Shown here in pieces: positions 1 to 10,067 of a DNA stretch of 64,000 bases. Within the stretch, counting starts at the first letter, position 1; the number at the start of each line of letters is the position of its first letter. Position numbers and translations under genes: made by a program. The DNA comes from a virus (Duplodnaviria; Caudoviricetes): IMG/VR virus record IMGVR_UViG_3300042997_002652, positions 96,001 to 160,000 of that record, one strand, 5' to 3'. Below the pieces are notes generated by a model. That model saw nothing but the letters and a program-made list of their open reading frames with translations, made no database searches and was not told the DNA's origin.

Positions 1-10
1 CTACAGATTT

Positions 11-1675
11 ATGGATCGTACCATTTCGGAACAACTAACTGTAGGTGGGACAGACCTTTACATCCACAAGTATTTGGGTCCTACTAATCAAGGTCCGTCT
101 ATTGATTATACTCAGCCTGAATATGATAAGTTAGACCCAACTAACATTCAAGATTTGCTGTTCCTTGAAAACAGAGACAGAACATATGATCCTGATATTT
201 ATAGACTGCGAGGACACTATAACGTACAAAATTTAGATTTTGATTTGTCTCAGTTTGGTTTGTTTTTAAACAATGATATTATATTCATAGTAATACATTA
301 CAATGATATGATTGATATCATTGGTAGAAAATTAATGGTTGGTGATGTTTTAGAATTACCTCACTTATTAGATTATAATCCATTGAAAGAAACTATACCA
401 GTGGCATTAAAAAGATTTTATCAAGTAACCGATTCTAATTATGCTAGCGAAGGATTTTCACAAACTTGGTATCCTCACTTATGGCGTATAAAGTGCGAGC
501 CGCTAGTTGACAGTCAAGAGTTTTCACAAATACTTAATGAACCAATTAATAAAGACAATTATCTTGGGCTATGGGAACCTGATCGTGTATATCCTGAAGG
601 ATATGTAATTTCATATGGTGATAAAAATTATATTGCAAAACAAGAAGTACCTATAGGAAAACTTCCACCTGATCCAGTATACTGGGAACTAGATACAGCA
701 CAAGATTTGAAAGATATTTTAAGTACCTATAATACAAATATTAGTATCAACAACGCTGCGTTAGAAGAAGCTAAACGATTAGTACCAAAAGCTGGTTATG
801 ATACTAGTAAACTTTATATTGTTCCAACATATGGACCGTTTCAACAAAACGGCGCTTTATCATCTAACTATAGACAGCCTGCTCCACCTTATAGCGTTAT
901 CGCTAACTTGAATGGTTCACCTAATTCAGTAACTGCGTCAGTAGTATCAATGCGTAATCCTAAGTACAAAACACCGAGTATTGGTATCAAGATATCTAAA
1001 GACTCATTAAAAAGTATTTGGGATATGACAGCAGACATGGATTTTAGTGAAAAACTAGACAAGTTTGTACAAGCTAGTTTACAAGTAGTTGTTGAAGCAC
1101 CTGAACTAACTGATACAGGATCAGGTTCAGTTGAAGGAACAAAAGTATTATCAGTACAGTCTTTGGGGGTAATAACTGGTCCTTATGGTACCACAGACAA
1201 CACTTATGCAACAGCAGATCAAGATCCTACTCAACCGGGCTTTACTGATGAAATAACTTCTGTAATGGACTTTAGAGCAGATTGTGATCCTAGATTTCAA
1301 TTTATTGTACGTGCTACTCCTCAAACTTTTGGCTATACAAGTGGTTACTTAACCGGTGATGGTAGTGCCCCTAACGGATTCCCTACAGGCGCAGGTATAT
1401 CATTTCCGCAAAATCCGCAAGTGGGAGATTACTTCTTGCGTATAGATTATTTGCCTCAGATACTTTATCGCTGGGACGGAAGAATATGGGTACGAATTTC
1501 TGAAAACGTAAGAACTGAAACCGGATTTACATATGATGACAAATCGTTACTATCAGGATTTATTAATGATCAAGCAGAAATCTATCTAAATAACACACAA
1601 GGAGCAGTTCCTGAATCGCAGGCGCTTTCTACTATATTACAACCAACACCTGATGTGTTACCTCCAGAGGAATAA
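11..1675 (+). CDS. Neck/head-completion protein (T4 gp14-like), probably N-terminally truncated by the window edge; contains a CBM5/12-like insertion
   Basis: Reading frame is open upstream of the ATG at 11. Sits directly before a gp15-like gene. The HLWRIKCEPLVDSQEF-type segment resembles neck proteins of large T4-like phages. Confidence 0.6.
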   Translation: MDRTISEQLTVGGTDLYIHKYLGPTNQGPSIDYTQPEYDKLDPTNIQDLLFLENRDRTYDPDIYRLRGHYNVQNLDFDLSQFGLFLNNDIIFIVIHYNDMIDIIGRKLMVGDVLELPHLLDYNPLKETIPVALKRFYQVTDSNYASEGFSQTWYPHLWRIKCEPLVDSQEFSQILNEPINKDNYLGLWEPDRVYPEGYVISYGDKNYIAKQEVPIGKLPPDPVYWELDTAQDLKDILSTYNTNISINNAALEEAKRLVPKAGYDTSKLYIVPTYGPFQQNGALSSNYRQPAPPYSVIANLNGSPNSVTASVVSMRNPKYKTPSIGIKISKDSLKSIWDMTADMDFSEKLDKFVQASLQVVVEAPELTDTGSGSVEGTKVLSVQSLGVITGPYGTTDNTYATADQDPTQPGFTDEITSVMDFRADCDPRFQFIVRATPQTFGYTSGYLTGDGSAPNGFPTGAGISFPQNPQVGDYFLRIDYLPQILYRWDGRIWVRISENVRTETGFTYDDKSLLSGFINDQAEIYLNNTQGAVPESQALSTILQPTPDVLPPEE

Positions 1676-1678
1676 AAA

Positions 1679-3049
1679 TTGGCAGATTTTCATTATGATA
1701 ACCAGATTAGAAGATTTTTAATTCAATTTGGAAAAATTTTCTCCAATTGGCAAGTTACTAAAGGTAAAGACCCGGCAGGCAATGTTATATTATCACGAGT
1801 TCCGGTAATGTACGGAGATTCAAGTAGGCAAGCAGCTACAATCATTGCTAACAACAGTGCTAGTAATTTACCATCTACTCCTCTGTTTACTTACTATATC
1901 AATGGCTTGGAATATGATCAGAAAAGAACACAAGTACCTACGTTTGTAGATAAAATTAATGTAAGACAAAGAGCATATGATCAAGAAACACTATCATATG
2001 AAACTACTCAGGGACAAGCTTTTACTGTAGAAAGATTAATGCCGGTGCCGTATACTCTTAGATTAACGGTAGACTTATGGACTTCTAATACTCAACAAAA
2101 ATTAGAAATCATGGAACAGTTAGGAGTATTATTTAATCCGTCTTTAGAAATTCAAAGCACTGACAATTACATTGATTGGACTTCATTAACTGTAGTATAT
2201 CAAGACGGGATAACGTTTTCTAGCAGAAGTATACCTCAAGGAACAGGAAATCCTATAGATGTATTAAGTTGGAAGTTTTATATGCCCATTTGGATTAGTG
2301 CTCCGGCAAAACTTAAAAAGATGGGAGTTATTCAAAAGATTATTGCATCTATTCATGAAGGTAGTGCAATTGATGATATACAAAATGACGATATATTATT
2401 AGGAACTAGACAAAAAATTACTGCTTATGGATATAAAGTATTATTAATAGGTAATTCGTTGCAACTTCTTCCCGCTAATCAACCATTTAATCCTCCTAAT
2501 GTTGACTTAAATTTACCACCGTCACCTGATACTTCACTTTATTGGTCAAGTGTATTAAACGTATACGGTGCTATCCAACCAGGTATATCACAAATATGGT
2601 TACAAAATCCATATATGGAAACTGATATCGTTGGTACTATTGTGTCTGATCCGTTAGATGATAGACTATTAATTTATAACATAGATCCAGATACACTACC
2701 ACAAAATACACTAAATCCAGTAGACAGTGTGATCAATCCGCTATCAACTGGTCCTAATGCAGGGTTGCCAGGCCCAATAAACGGAAAAAGATATTTAATA
2801 GTAGAGTCTATAGGATCAGAAGATGCTACCACAGTTGCATGGGGAAATTTAGTAGCTAACGCTAATGACATAATTCAATATAACTCAAGCGCAGGAGAAT
2901 GGCAAGTATCATTTGATAGTGAAAACTCAGAAGATATTGAGTTTGTTACTAACATAACAACCAATGTTCAGTATAGATTTGTAGACGGTACTTGGATGAA
3001 GTCAGTAGAAGGTTGGTATGATCAGGGAGACTGGTCCGTAGTAATCTAA
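1679..3049 (+). CDS. gp15: Tail sheath stabiliser/terminator (T4 gp15-like) with C-terminal extension
   Basis: N-terminal FHYDNQIRRFLIQFGKIFSN, VPVMYG, MPVPYTLRLTVDLW and LEIMEQLGVLFNP match gp15-family motifs. TTG start. Confidence 0.75.
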   Translation: MADFHYDNQIRRFLIQFGKIFSNWQVTKGKDPAGNVILSRVPVMYGDSSRQAATIIANNSASNLPSTPLFTYYINGLEYDQKRTQVPTFVDKINVRQRAYDQETLSYETTQGQAFTVERLMPVPYTLRLTVDLWTSNTQQKLEIMEQLGVLFNPSLEIQSTDNYIDWTSLTVVYQDGITFSSRSIPQGTGNPIDVLSWKFYMPIWISAPAKLKKMGVIQKIIASIHEGSAIDDIQNDDILLGTRQKITAYGYKVLLIGNSLQLLPANQPFNPPNVDLNLPPSPDTSLYWSSVLNVYGAIQPGISQIWLQNPYMETDIVGTIVSDPLDDRLLIYNIDPDTLPQNTLNPVDSVINPLSTGPNAGLPGPINGKRYLIVESIGSEDATTVAWGNLVANANDIIQYNSSAGEWQVSFDSENSEDIEFVTNITTNVQYRFVDGTWMKSVEGWYDQGDWSVVI

Positions 3050-3051
3050 CA

Positions 3052-3462
3052 ATGAAACAAGCAGCTGGAATTTTCTTTTATAGTACATCAACTGATAGAT
3101 ATCTTTACTTACTTAGATCAGACGCTAAAAATCCAAGTTGGAGTATTCCTGGTGGGGGTATTGAAAAAGAAGAAACTCTTTTAACAGGTTTAACTCGTGA
3201 GTGTTTAGAAGAAATGAATGTAGATATTAATGGTTTCAAACTTATACCTATTCAAAAATTTGTAAATAATGATTTTATATACCATACTTTTTATAGTGAA
3301 GTTGAAAAAGAATTTATACCTGAGCTAAACTATGAGCATATAGGTTATGCTTGGGTAGGCAATGATCAGTATCCAAAACCTTTACATCCTGGATTGTTTT
3401 CTACGATAAATTTTGATTTAGTACAAGATAAATTAAAAGCGTTAAAAGAAAAACGGCTCTAA
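3052..3462 (+). CDS. NUDIX hydrolase
   Basis: Nudix box GGGIEKEETLLTGLTRECLEEMN. Confidence 0.9.
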   Translation: MKQAAGIFFYSTSTDRYLYLLRSDAKNPSWSIPGGGIEKEETLLTGLTRECLEEMNVDINGFKLIPIQKFVNNDFIYHTFYSEVEKEFIPELNYEHIGYAWVGNDQYPKPLHPGLFSTINFDLVQDKLKALKEKRL

Positions 3463-3472
3463 GAGCCGTTTT
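3450..3472. terminator. Bidirectional intrinsic terminator between convergent genes
   Basis: Inverted repeat AAAACGGCTCT-A-AGAGCCGTTTT at the convergence of 3052..3462(+) and 3478..3786(-). Confidence 0.75.
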
Positions 3473-3477
3473 CTAAT

Positions 3478-3786
3478 TCAACTGAATATAATACTTAAAA
3501 CAAATGAACCCAAAGAGCCGATAACTAATCCGGCTCCCATGATCATCCATTTCCACTTTTCTAACTCAGATATTTTTCCAGACATTTCTTTATGTGAAGC
3601 AATATTGTCAGCTTGAAAATCTTTTATTAACTTGGTAGCTGTTTCAGAACTTTCTTTTATGTCTTCACGAATACTGTTTACATCTGTTTTAAGATCATCT
3701 ATTTTTTCATCTAGGTTGGTAAATCTAACCTGAAGTATGGCAATTTCTGTTTCTGCTTGTTTTAATTGCTGCGTAGATGAACTCAT
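3478..3786 (-). CDS. Coiled-coil protein with C-terminal transmembrane helix (XhlA/holin-like)
   Basis: Heptad-rich body, ends in WKWMIMGAGLVIGSLGSFVLSIIFS. Confidence 0.55.
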   Translation of the reverse strand: MSSSTQQLKQAETEIAILQVRFTNLDEKIDDLKTDVNSIREDIKESSETATKLIKDFQADNIASHKEMSGKISELEKWKWMIMGAGLVIGSLGSFVLSIIFS

Positions 3787-3792
3787 GATTTA

Positions 3793-5061
3793 TTACGCAT
3801 TACCGATAGTTACGATAGGGTAAGGCTGTCCGTCTGTAGCATTTGCAGCAGCAGCAGTATTAAACGTACCAAACGCTGGATCAGCATTTGCAAGAACAAT
3901 ATTACCTGTAGCTACCGGACCAGATGTTGAACTAAACAATTCAGCAGTGTGATCGCTCAAGCTTTGAACTTTAACTGTACTTGAGTTAGCGTATGTAGCA
4001 GTAATAGTCATAGTGTTTGGTAACATAGCAGTGTTAGCAACGTTAGCAGTAAAACATTGTCCTATTAATCCGCTTGAAGTACCTTGTACTAAGTACTTTT
4101 GCTTGCCTTTTTGACGAACAATGTAGCCTGCTTCTGGAGTTGCATAAATGTATGAAGCTCCTGTTGATGCGACGGCAGCGTTTGCAACTAGTTCAACTAC
4201 ATCCTGTTGAGCGTCAGGAGTACCAGTAGCATTGGACAAATCAACTTCTGATCCAGCCAATGTTGTTGAAACAGTAAATGCGGATGCGTTAGCAATTGCT
4301 TTAACAAAATAAATTTCACCAGATACTAGACCACCTAAGTTAGCAGTAAATCTTACTGTACCATTAGCAATCAATGTCTGAGCATTACCTGAAGTACCAA
4401 TGATGTTACCTGTGTTTTGTGTGTTAGCAACAGCAACGGTTGTTAAACCAGGAACTGTGTTTGCAAAACCTATTGTAGTGTAATCAGTAGTTGTACTATT
4501 AATGTTTGCGCTTGCAACTTGAATTACAGAACCTACACTTAGTGTGTTTGCCAAGTCAGTACCAATACCAGTTACATACGCGGTATCAGTAGCAGAATAC
4601 AATGTACCAGTACCGTTAACGCCAAGAGCAACGTTAGCTAATACTTGCTTTCCAAATATTGCAGTGTTACCACCTACTACTGAGTAAGTATTTGCGTTAG
4701 TAGCTGGATATCCAGTACCACCAGTTGGGTTGTTAAAGTATCCGTCAACTACTGCAAATGATGCTTTAACTGTTCCACCTGATGAATTAGTCAGCGTAGC
4801 CATCACACGTGGTTGAACGCTTAGGTCTGTTTCTGAAACACTGAGAGTAGTGTTTGACAGAATGGTATCAACATAATATATCACACCGGCGACCAAACCA
4901 CTGATGTTTGATGCAACTACGAATGGCATACCTGCTGTTATACCTACTGTAGGTGATGTAGTTAAATTTCCACCTGATACTGTGACGATACTGCCTGTTG
5001 TTGCTGTATCAGTAATTGTTAAGACTGCTTGTGCTTTAGCGATTTTTAGGGGTCTGCCCAT
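3793..5061 (-). CDS. Virion structural protein (Thr/Ala/Gly-rich, beta-rich, repeated GLxxGxxYxV module)
   Basis: Composition, repeated SGLVAGVIYYV/GGLVSGEIYFV modules, upstream TAAATA late motif at 5142-5147. Confidence 0.65.
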   Translation of the reverse strand: MGRPLKIAKAQAVLTITDTATTGSIVTVSGGNLTTSPTVGITAGMPFVVASNISGLVAGVIYYVDTILSNTTLSVSETDLSVQPRVMATLTNSSGGTVKASFAVVDGYFNNPTGGTGYPATNANTYSVVGGNTAIFGKQVLANVALGVNGTGTLYSATDTAYVTGIGTDLANTLSVGSVIQVASANINSTTTDYTTIGFANTVPGLTTVAVANTQNTGNIIGTSGNAQTLIANGTVRFTANLGGLVSGEIYFVKAIANASAFTVSTTLAGSEVDLSNATGTPDAQQDVVELVANAAVASTGASYIYATPEAGYIVRQKGKQKYLVQGTSSGLIGQCFTANVANTAMLPNTMTITATYANSSTVKVQSLSDHTAELFSSTSGPVATGNIVLANADPAFGTFNTAAAANATDGQPYPIVTIGNA

Positions 5062-5163
5062 GATTTTTCTCCATTGTGATCCGGGTTTTAGCCGGTACGT
5101 ATTAAAATCTACGTAAATTCTCCTTATGAGAATATTAAAACTATTTATCTAGAAGTTCTAAAA

Positions 5164-5688
5164 TCAGTATCCAGTAGTACCAGTGTTAGCATGTGGCATA
5201 CCTAATTCAGTAATACTGAATTCTGCTCCAGCGCCGCCACCTGTTGTAAGAAATGCTACTACATTGCCTTGACCACAATAAACACTATTGAAGCTATCGT
5301 TAGCAGAATAAATCTCTGAGTTTTGTGTAGCAATTGCAAACGGGACGCCTGCATTATTGAAAGTGTATACTGTATTTGATAATGCTACTACCGCATTTCC
5401 AGTTAATGTCAAACTAGTAGCGTTAGCAATGTTTGCTACAATACCAACAGTACTTCCTGTTGTGTTGCCTATCCAAGCACCAACGGTAAGTTGCGTACTA
5501 AACGCAGTTCCTACACCAGTAACTGCTGTGGTGTTGGTTGCTGCCGTTGCTGTTCCGGTGCCGGTAACTCTGGGATACCCAGTAACGGCGTGAATACCAA
5601 CGGTGGTAGTTGCTATTCTAATCTTATCCGTAGCAATGTTTGCTGATTGCTGTGATACTAAATTACCTGTATATACATATGATGCCAT
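5164..5688 (-). CDS. Virion structural protein
   Basis: Thr/Ala/Gly-rich ORF in the structural cluster. Its TGTGT..T.V.G.GT.F segment resembles one in the neighbouring gene. Confidence 0.55.
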   Translation of the reverse strand: MASYVYTGNLVSQQSANIATDKIRIATTTVGIHAVTGYPRVTGTGTATAATNTTAVTGVGTAFSTQLTVGAWIGNTTGSTVGIVANIANATSLTLTGNAVVALSNTVYTFNNAGVPFAIATQNSEIYSANDSFNSVYCGQGNVVAFLTTGGGAGAEFSITELGMPHANTGTTGY

Positions 5689-5710
5689 TTTTATTTTCCT
5701 ATTATTTTAT

Positions 5711-7417
5711 TTATGAGTAAGTTGCGCCTACAGTATACCACTGAGTGGCACTTATAGCATAGTACTGTAAACTAGCTGTTGCTATGTGTGTATATGCTGC
5801 ATTTGTTGCTAAAGAGTTAATCGCGGCGCTAGTAGATGGATAAACGTTCAAACTTGTAGCACTTGTATTATTTACAATAATAACCATACCTGCGACCGCT
5901 GTTGGTAATCTAACACCCTGTCCTGCACTAACTGTAGAAACTACATTAATATCTTTTGCTAATGCTGTTGCATCACCCTGTACTGTACCAGCAGCACTAA
6001 TTGCCGTTGCAACACTTCTAATTACATGAGTAGAAGTAGTAATGTTAGCACTAGTAATGTTACCAGTAACAGCAAGTGATGTTAATGTACCAACTGATGT
6101 AACGTTTGGTTGTGCTGCTGTTGTTAAAGTACCGGTTAATAACTGGGCACCAATAGTGCCTGAGTTAGCATAAACGTTACCTGATGTGATATTACCAGTA
6201 ACCGCAAGTGATGTTAAAGTGCCTACTGATGTAACGTTTGGTTGTGCTGCTGTTGTTAATGTACCGGTTAGTAACGAAGCACCTAAGTTACCAACGTTAG
6301 CATTACCAGTTACGGTTAGTGTGCCAGTAATGTTGGCGCCAGTTCCAGTGACGACCAGTATGTTCGCATTACCAACAGCACTAATATTAACATTACCATT
6401 TGCTGCAGGAATATTTACATTTGAATTACCGTTTACTACTGATCCAGAAGTAGCAACATTAAGATTAGCTACTTGGGTAATTGATGTCACTTGTAGCGGG
6501 GGAGTTCCGTTAGCTACGTTTGATAAAAATCTTGAAGCAGTTGCTACGCCGGTAGCATTTAAGTTACCTACATTAGCATTACCGTTAACATATAATAAAC
6601 TACCGTTCCAAGTAAGATCGGTGTCACCATCAAAAGATACACCATCATTATATTGAATAGAATTAGTAGTTCCTCCTACTAATCCTCCACCGCCAGCGGC
6701 ACCTAATGCGGTAGTTGCAATAGCAAGAGAATTAGGAAGATTATCATACTCTAAGCTTCCGTCTATAAATGCATTGGCTAAATCTAACGCATCAGTTAAG
6801 AATAATATTACGTTACCCGAAGTTGGGTAGTCTGTAGCAAGTCTTACGTAGAAAACTTCTGAGTTAACGTTTGCGTTACTGTTTCCTTCTACGCCCGAAA
6901 TAGTTATTTCTAAACCGTTGGAATACGGAGTAGTGGGATCAACTTCCATGATTACAGTATTAGCACCGTAACCGAACGCATTAGCACCATCAGGTGTTAA
7001 ATCTATGATATCAGTAGCAAGTGTACCCTTAGGAGTCCAACTTAAATTTCCCGATCCATCAGTTTGTAGAACATATCCAATAGCACCACCGGTAATTCTA
7101 ACATTAGATACATCACCCAACGTAATTAAACCGCCTGCTGATCCGCCGCGATTGACCCAGTTATTACCATCATATGCTAATACTTGACCGTTGACTACAG
7201 TATTGCTTATATTTAAATTACCAATGGAACCTTCTATCTGACTAAAGTCTATTTCAGAATAAGAAGTTAAAACTTCAATATTTTCGTTGGGGGTTTCTTT
7301 ACCTATGAACAGACGTTTTTCGTCTGATGCCCAGCCGAACTCTGCTTCAGAGAGTTGAGGAAGATCAACTAGGTTGCCTGATCTTTGCTGTTGTTTTGAG
7401 ATTTGTATAATGGCCAT
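5711..7417 (-). CDS. Tail-fibre-like protein with Mtd N-terminal-type domain and GTLTTAAQPNVTSVGTL repeats
   Basis: N-terminus IIQISKQQQRSG..DLPQLSEAEFGWASDEKRLFIG is typical of Mtd_N-like fibre N-termini. Has GNxxAxN beta-repeats and a late motif at 7450-7455. Confidence 0.7.
   Translation of the reverse strand: MAIIQISKQQQRSGNLVDLPQLSEAEFGWASDEKRLFIGKETPNENIEVLTSYSEIDFSQIEGSIGNLNISNTVVNGQVLAYDGNNWVNRGGSAGGLITLGDVSNVRITGGAIGYVLQTDGSGNLSWTPKGTLATDIIDLTPDGANAFGYGANTVIMEVDPTTPYSNGLEITISGVEGNSNANVNSEVFYVRLATDYPTSGNVILFLTDALDLANAFIDGSLEYDNLPNSLAIATTALGAAGGGGLVGGTTNSIQYNDGVSFDGDTDLTWNGSLLYVNGNANVGNLNATGVATASRFLSNVANGTPPLQVTSITQVANLNVATSGSVVNGNSNVNIPAANGNVNISAVGNANILVVTGTGANITGTLTVTGNANVGNLGASLLTGTLTTAAQPNVTSVGTLTSLAVTGNITSGNVYANSGTIGAQLLTGTLTTAAQPNVTSVGTLTSLAVTGNITSANITTSTHVIRSVATAISAAGTVQGDATALAKDINVVSTVSAGQGVRLPTAVAGMVIIVNNTSATSLNVYPSTSAAINSLATNAAYTHIATASLQYYAISATQWYTVGATYS
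6063..6270. repeat. Intragenic direct repeat (two ~76-bp copies, 132 bp apart)
   Basis: 6063-6138 and 6195-6270 both encode LTGTLTTAAQPNVTSVGTLTSLAVTG, with synonymous differences. Confidence 0.9.
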
Positions 7418-7468
7418 AAGATATAACTTTCCATAATAGTGTTATATCTTATTTATCTTTAATACATA

Positions 7469-8167
7469 CTAAACGAACTGAGTGTAGTACTGCTCTAAAC
7501 GTTTGAACCATTCGTTAACATAGTGGTCATACTCTATACCTTCTATAATAAATTCTTGATACTCGTTGTCTTTAGTACACATAAGGATAACTCCCTTGCG
7601 TATGTTAGTGTTAAACATTTCATTATGTGCTGATCCGTATGCAGCTAATTGGATAAAATAATCTTCAATCCATTCACGTTTCTTGGCTTTATTAGCTTGT
7701 TTAAAGTCCATGATAGCTTCTTGATTATCATGAACTCCTGCTAAGTCAGTAGTACCTGCATACATTTCTGGAAAATAAAGACTGGCTTCAGTAGCCCAAA
7801 ATTCATTACATTTAGACAAACCTTGTTCAATAATAGACTGAGCCATTAAATGACTTTGTTGACTATAGGGGTTGGAGCCAGGATCACCGGTAGCACCAAG
7901 CTTTACATAATTCTCTAACCACTTGTGCATACGAGTACCGCGACCAGCAGCTTCGGTAGTTATAGCTTGTGCTTGTTTATGACCTACACGGTTACGCCAG
8001 TTTTGTAATGCTTTTTTTGCTTCTTCAGGTTTAGTAGCGTCTAAAATAGTTGTTACAGAGGGGACAGCGAATCCGTCGGGAGTTATATACTTTCTAGCTC
8101 CGTTTAGCGTTTCTCTTTTTAGTTCTTTATAGTTAAATTTGTTAGGATTGTACATTGGGTTCATCAA
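7469..8167 (-). CDS. PD-(D/E)XK exonuclease (MGME1/lambda-exo/Cas4-like fold, no Fe-S cysteine set)
   Basis: PSVTTIL, YAGTTDL, IMDFKQ and QLAAY motifs. Confidence 0.85.
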   Translation of the reverse strand: MMNPMYNPNKFNYKELKRETLNGARKYITPDGFAVPSVTTILDATKPEEAKKALQNWRNRVGHKQAQAITTEAAGRGTRMHKWLENYVKLGATGDPGSNPYSQQSHLMAQSIIEQGLSKCNEFWATEASLYFPEMYAGTTDLAGVHDNQEAIMDFKQANKAKKREWIEDYFIQLAAYGSAHNEMFNTNIRKGVILMCTKDNEYQEFIIEGIEYDHYVNEWFKRLEQYYTQFV

Positions 8168-8484
8168 ATTGTAAAACTCTCACCACAGCCGCATCGGGCT
8201 TTTTCATTCGGGTTTGTAAATTCAAATCCTTCGTTAAAATCTAATTTCTTATAATCTATTGCTAGACCAGAAACATAGACAAGTGATTTTTCAGTTATAA
8301 AAACAGAAAAGGTTTCAAACTTAAATTCATGATCAGTTGAATCAGCTACATCAACGAATTCTAAGACATAAGAAAATCCACTACATCCTGTGGATTTTAC
8401 ACCTATTCTTATACCGAGGCCTGAACCTCTTTTCTCTAGTTGTGATTTTACTCTGTCTGTCGCAGTATCGGATAATTTAATCAT
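8164..8484 (-). CDS. iscA: A-type Fe-S cluster carrier (IscA/HesB family)
   Basis: TGCSG and CGCGESF motifs, 106 aa. Confidence 0.92.
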   Translation of the reverse strand: MIKLSDTATDRVKSQLEKRGSGLGIRIGVKSTGCSGFSYVLEFVDVADSTDHEFKFETFSVFITEKSLVYVSGLAIDYKKLDFNEGFEFTNPNEKARCGCGESFTI

Positions 8485-8527
8485 AGTGTATTATACAAAA
8501 GAAATAAGAAAGACACAACAAAATAGG

Positions 8528-8857
8528 CTATTTCATTGCGCTTTTAGCCATTTGAGCTACAGTTTTTTCTTGTTCGGATTCTTGATTGGGGTTTTCTGAA
8601 TCATCAGATTGTCCTTTGAAAACAACTTTATCGCCTTGTATATTGGTAATAACTTGTTTTAAAGGAGGAACTTGTATCATGTTGTACAAGTCAGTTACAT
8701 CTAGGATTATATCATATTCTTGAAAATAATCTAATAACTGATCTGTAGTCATACCAAAATTTAATTTGTTATTTTCCAAATCAGTTTTTAGTTGGTCGGT
8801 TACCGCAACAAGTTTTGCGCTAAGACCTGGGTCTGTTTCAAGTTCAAAAAGACGCAT
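8528..8857 (-). CDS. Hypothetical protein, probable head-associated (MRLFELE N-terminus)
   Basis: Intact ORF coupled to its neighbour, with an N-terminus shared in style with other late proteins. Confidence 0.55.
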   Translation of the reverse strand: MRLFELETDPGLSAKLVAVTDQLKTDLENNKLNFGMTTDQLLDYFQEYDIILDVTDLYNMIQVPPLKQVITNIQGDKVVFKGQSDDSENPNQESEQEKTVAQMAKSAMK

Positions 8858-9546
8858 TATCTTTTTGCTCTACCTACTCCGCCTACAGCAGCTTGTTCAG
8901 GTTCTTCAATGTCCAAATCCATGTCAATATCAGCACCGTCATCCATACCAAGATCATCTGCTGGCGCTAATTCATCCATACTTTGATCAGGTGCAGCAAA
9001 TGAATCCATTCCACCTTGACCAGTGATTGTACCTAATGCTCCTTGTAAAGAAGTTTTAGTTGTTAACAAAGCATCATTTAAGGTTTGTAAAGAACTGCTA
9101 GCTTGATCATTGAACTGAGTGCTTTCATTTGCACCAATTTCAGATTGAATGCTGCTTACTAATGCAGGAAGTTCTTTAACCAACATATCGTTAACATCTT
9201 CGTACATCTTTTGTACAGTATCAATCATGTCTTGCGCAGCTAAGATTACTTGTGACTTTTCAACTTCTTCATTTTCAAAAACAATACGAGGACTAGGTCT
9301 GTTAAGTAAATCAATGTAATGAGAATTCAATGCTTGTTCCATGAAAACAAGTTTCATGTAGCTTGGGGAAGTTTGATTTTTATAGAAATCAGCAGCTTGC
9401 TTAGATTCTTTAATAAGTGAAGATACTTTAGTCAACATAGTTTTTGTTTTTATCTTATCCAAAGAGGATACATCAAAGTTGACACTAAAGCTTTCTTTTA
9501 GTGCTGTTTTAGCATAATTCTTGTTTTCTAAGTCATTTAGTTTCAT
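8857..9546 (-). CDS. Probable prohead core/scaffold-type protein with acidic C-terminal tail
   Basis: MKLNDLE start, helical body, acidic DDLGMDDGADIDMDLDIEEPE tail, late motif at 9571-9576. Confidence 0.45.
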   Translation of the reverse strand: MKLNDLENKNYAKTALKESFSVNFDVSSLDKIKTKTMLTKVSSLIKESKQAADFYKNQTSPSYMKLVFMEQALNSHYIDLLNRPSPRIVFENEEVEKSQVILAAQDMIDTVQKMYEDVNDMLVKELPALVSSIQSEIGANESTQFNDQASSSLQTLNDALLTTKTSLQGALGTITGQGGMDSFAAPDQSMDELAPADDLGMDDGADIDMDLDIEEPEQAAVGGVGRAKR

Positions 9547-9566
9547 AATATTGTTCCAATGTTGAT

Positions 9567-10067
9567 TTAGTATTTATCTTTTCTCGCTAGATTAGCAGTG
9601 TTAAACTTTTTAGTTTGCCACTCTTTAGAAATATTTATATATCTATTTAGTTGTTTAAGCAGTATTTTTTTCTTTAAGTTATCTTCTTCTATCTTAGTAA
9701 CATAGATATCGCGGAATTTATCATCTTTAGTACTGTTAAGAATCTTGCTTTTTTGTAATAAGTCTATTTCTAAACTACTTAACTTAAAGTCCAATTGTTC
9801 AATATTCTTACATTCCATTGCTTTTTTCAATTCTTTGAACACGCACCAAGTAACTGCGGTTTTTAAGGTACTGAATATTTTTTCTTGGTCATTATCATCT
9901 ATTAATAATCTATAATGGTTGTCTTTTTTAAGTGCTGCGTATTTTCCAAATAATATATAACTGTTACTATCTATGGGTAATACTATCATGTTCATAGTTT
10001 TATTGTTTTTATCAAGTATTTGGTTTTCTAAAAACTTTTCAACTTTAATCTGTTTGTTTTTCTTCAT
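9567..10067 (-). CDS. Hypothetical protein
   Basis: 166-aa ORF overlapping its upstream neighbour by 4 nt. Confidence 0.6.
   Translation of the reverse strand: MKKNKQIKVEKFLENQILDKNNKTMNMIVLPIDSNSYILFGKYAALKKDNHYRLLIDDNDQEKIFSTLKTAVTWCVFKELKKAMECKNIEQLDFKLSSLEIDLLQKSKILNSTKDDKFRDIYVTKIEEDNLKKKILLKQLNRYINISKEWQTKKFNTANLARKDKY

Noticed and set aside
5711-7417. Diversity-generating retroelement, suggested by the Mtd_N-like domain and the repeat pair 6063-6270
   Set aside because: Both copies are inside the same gene, differences are synonymous rather than adenine-specific, and no reverse transcriptase is present in the window.
7469-8167. Cas4 / CRISPR-associated nuclease
   Set aside because: It lacks the four-Cys Fe-S set, and no CRISPR array or other cas genes are seen.
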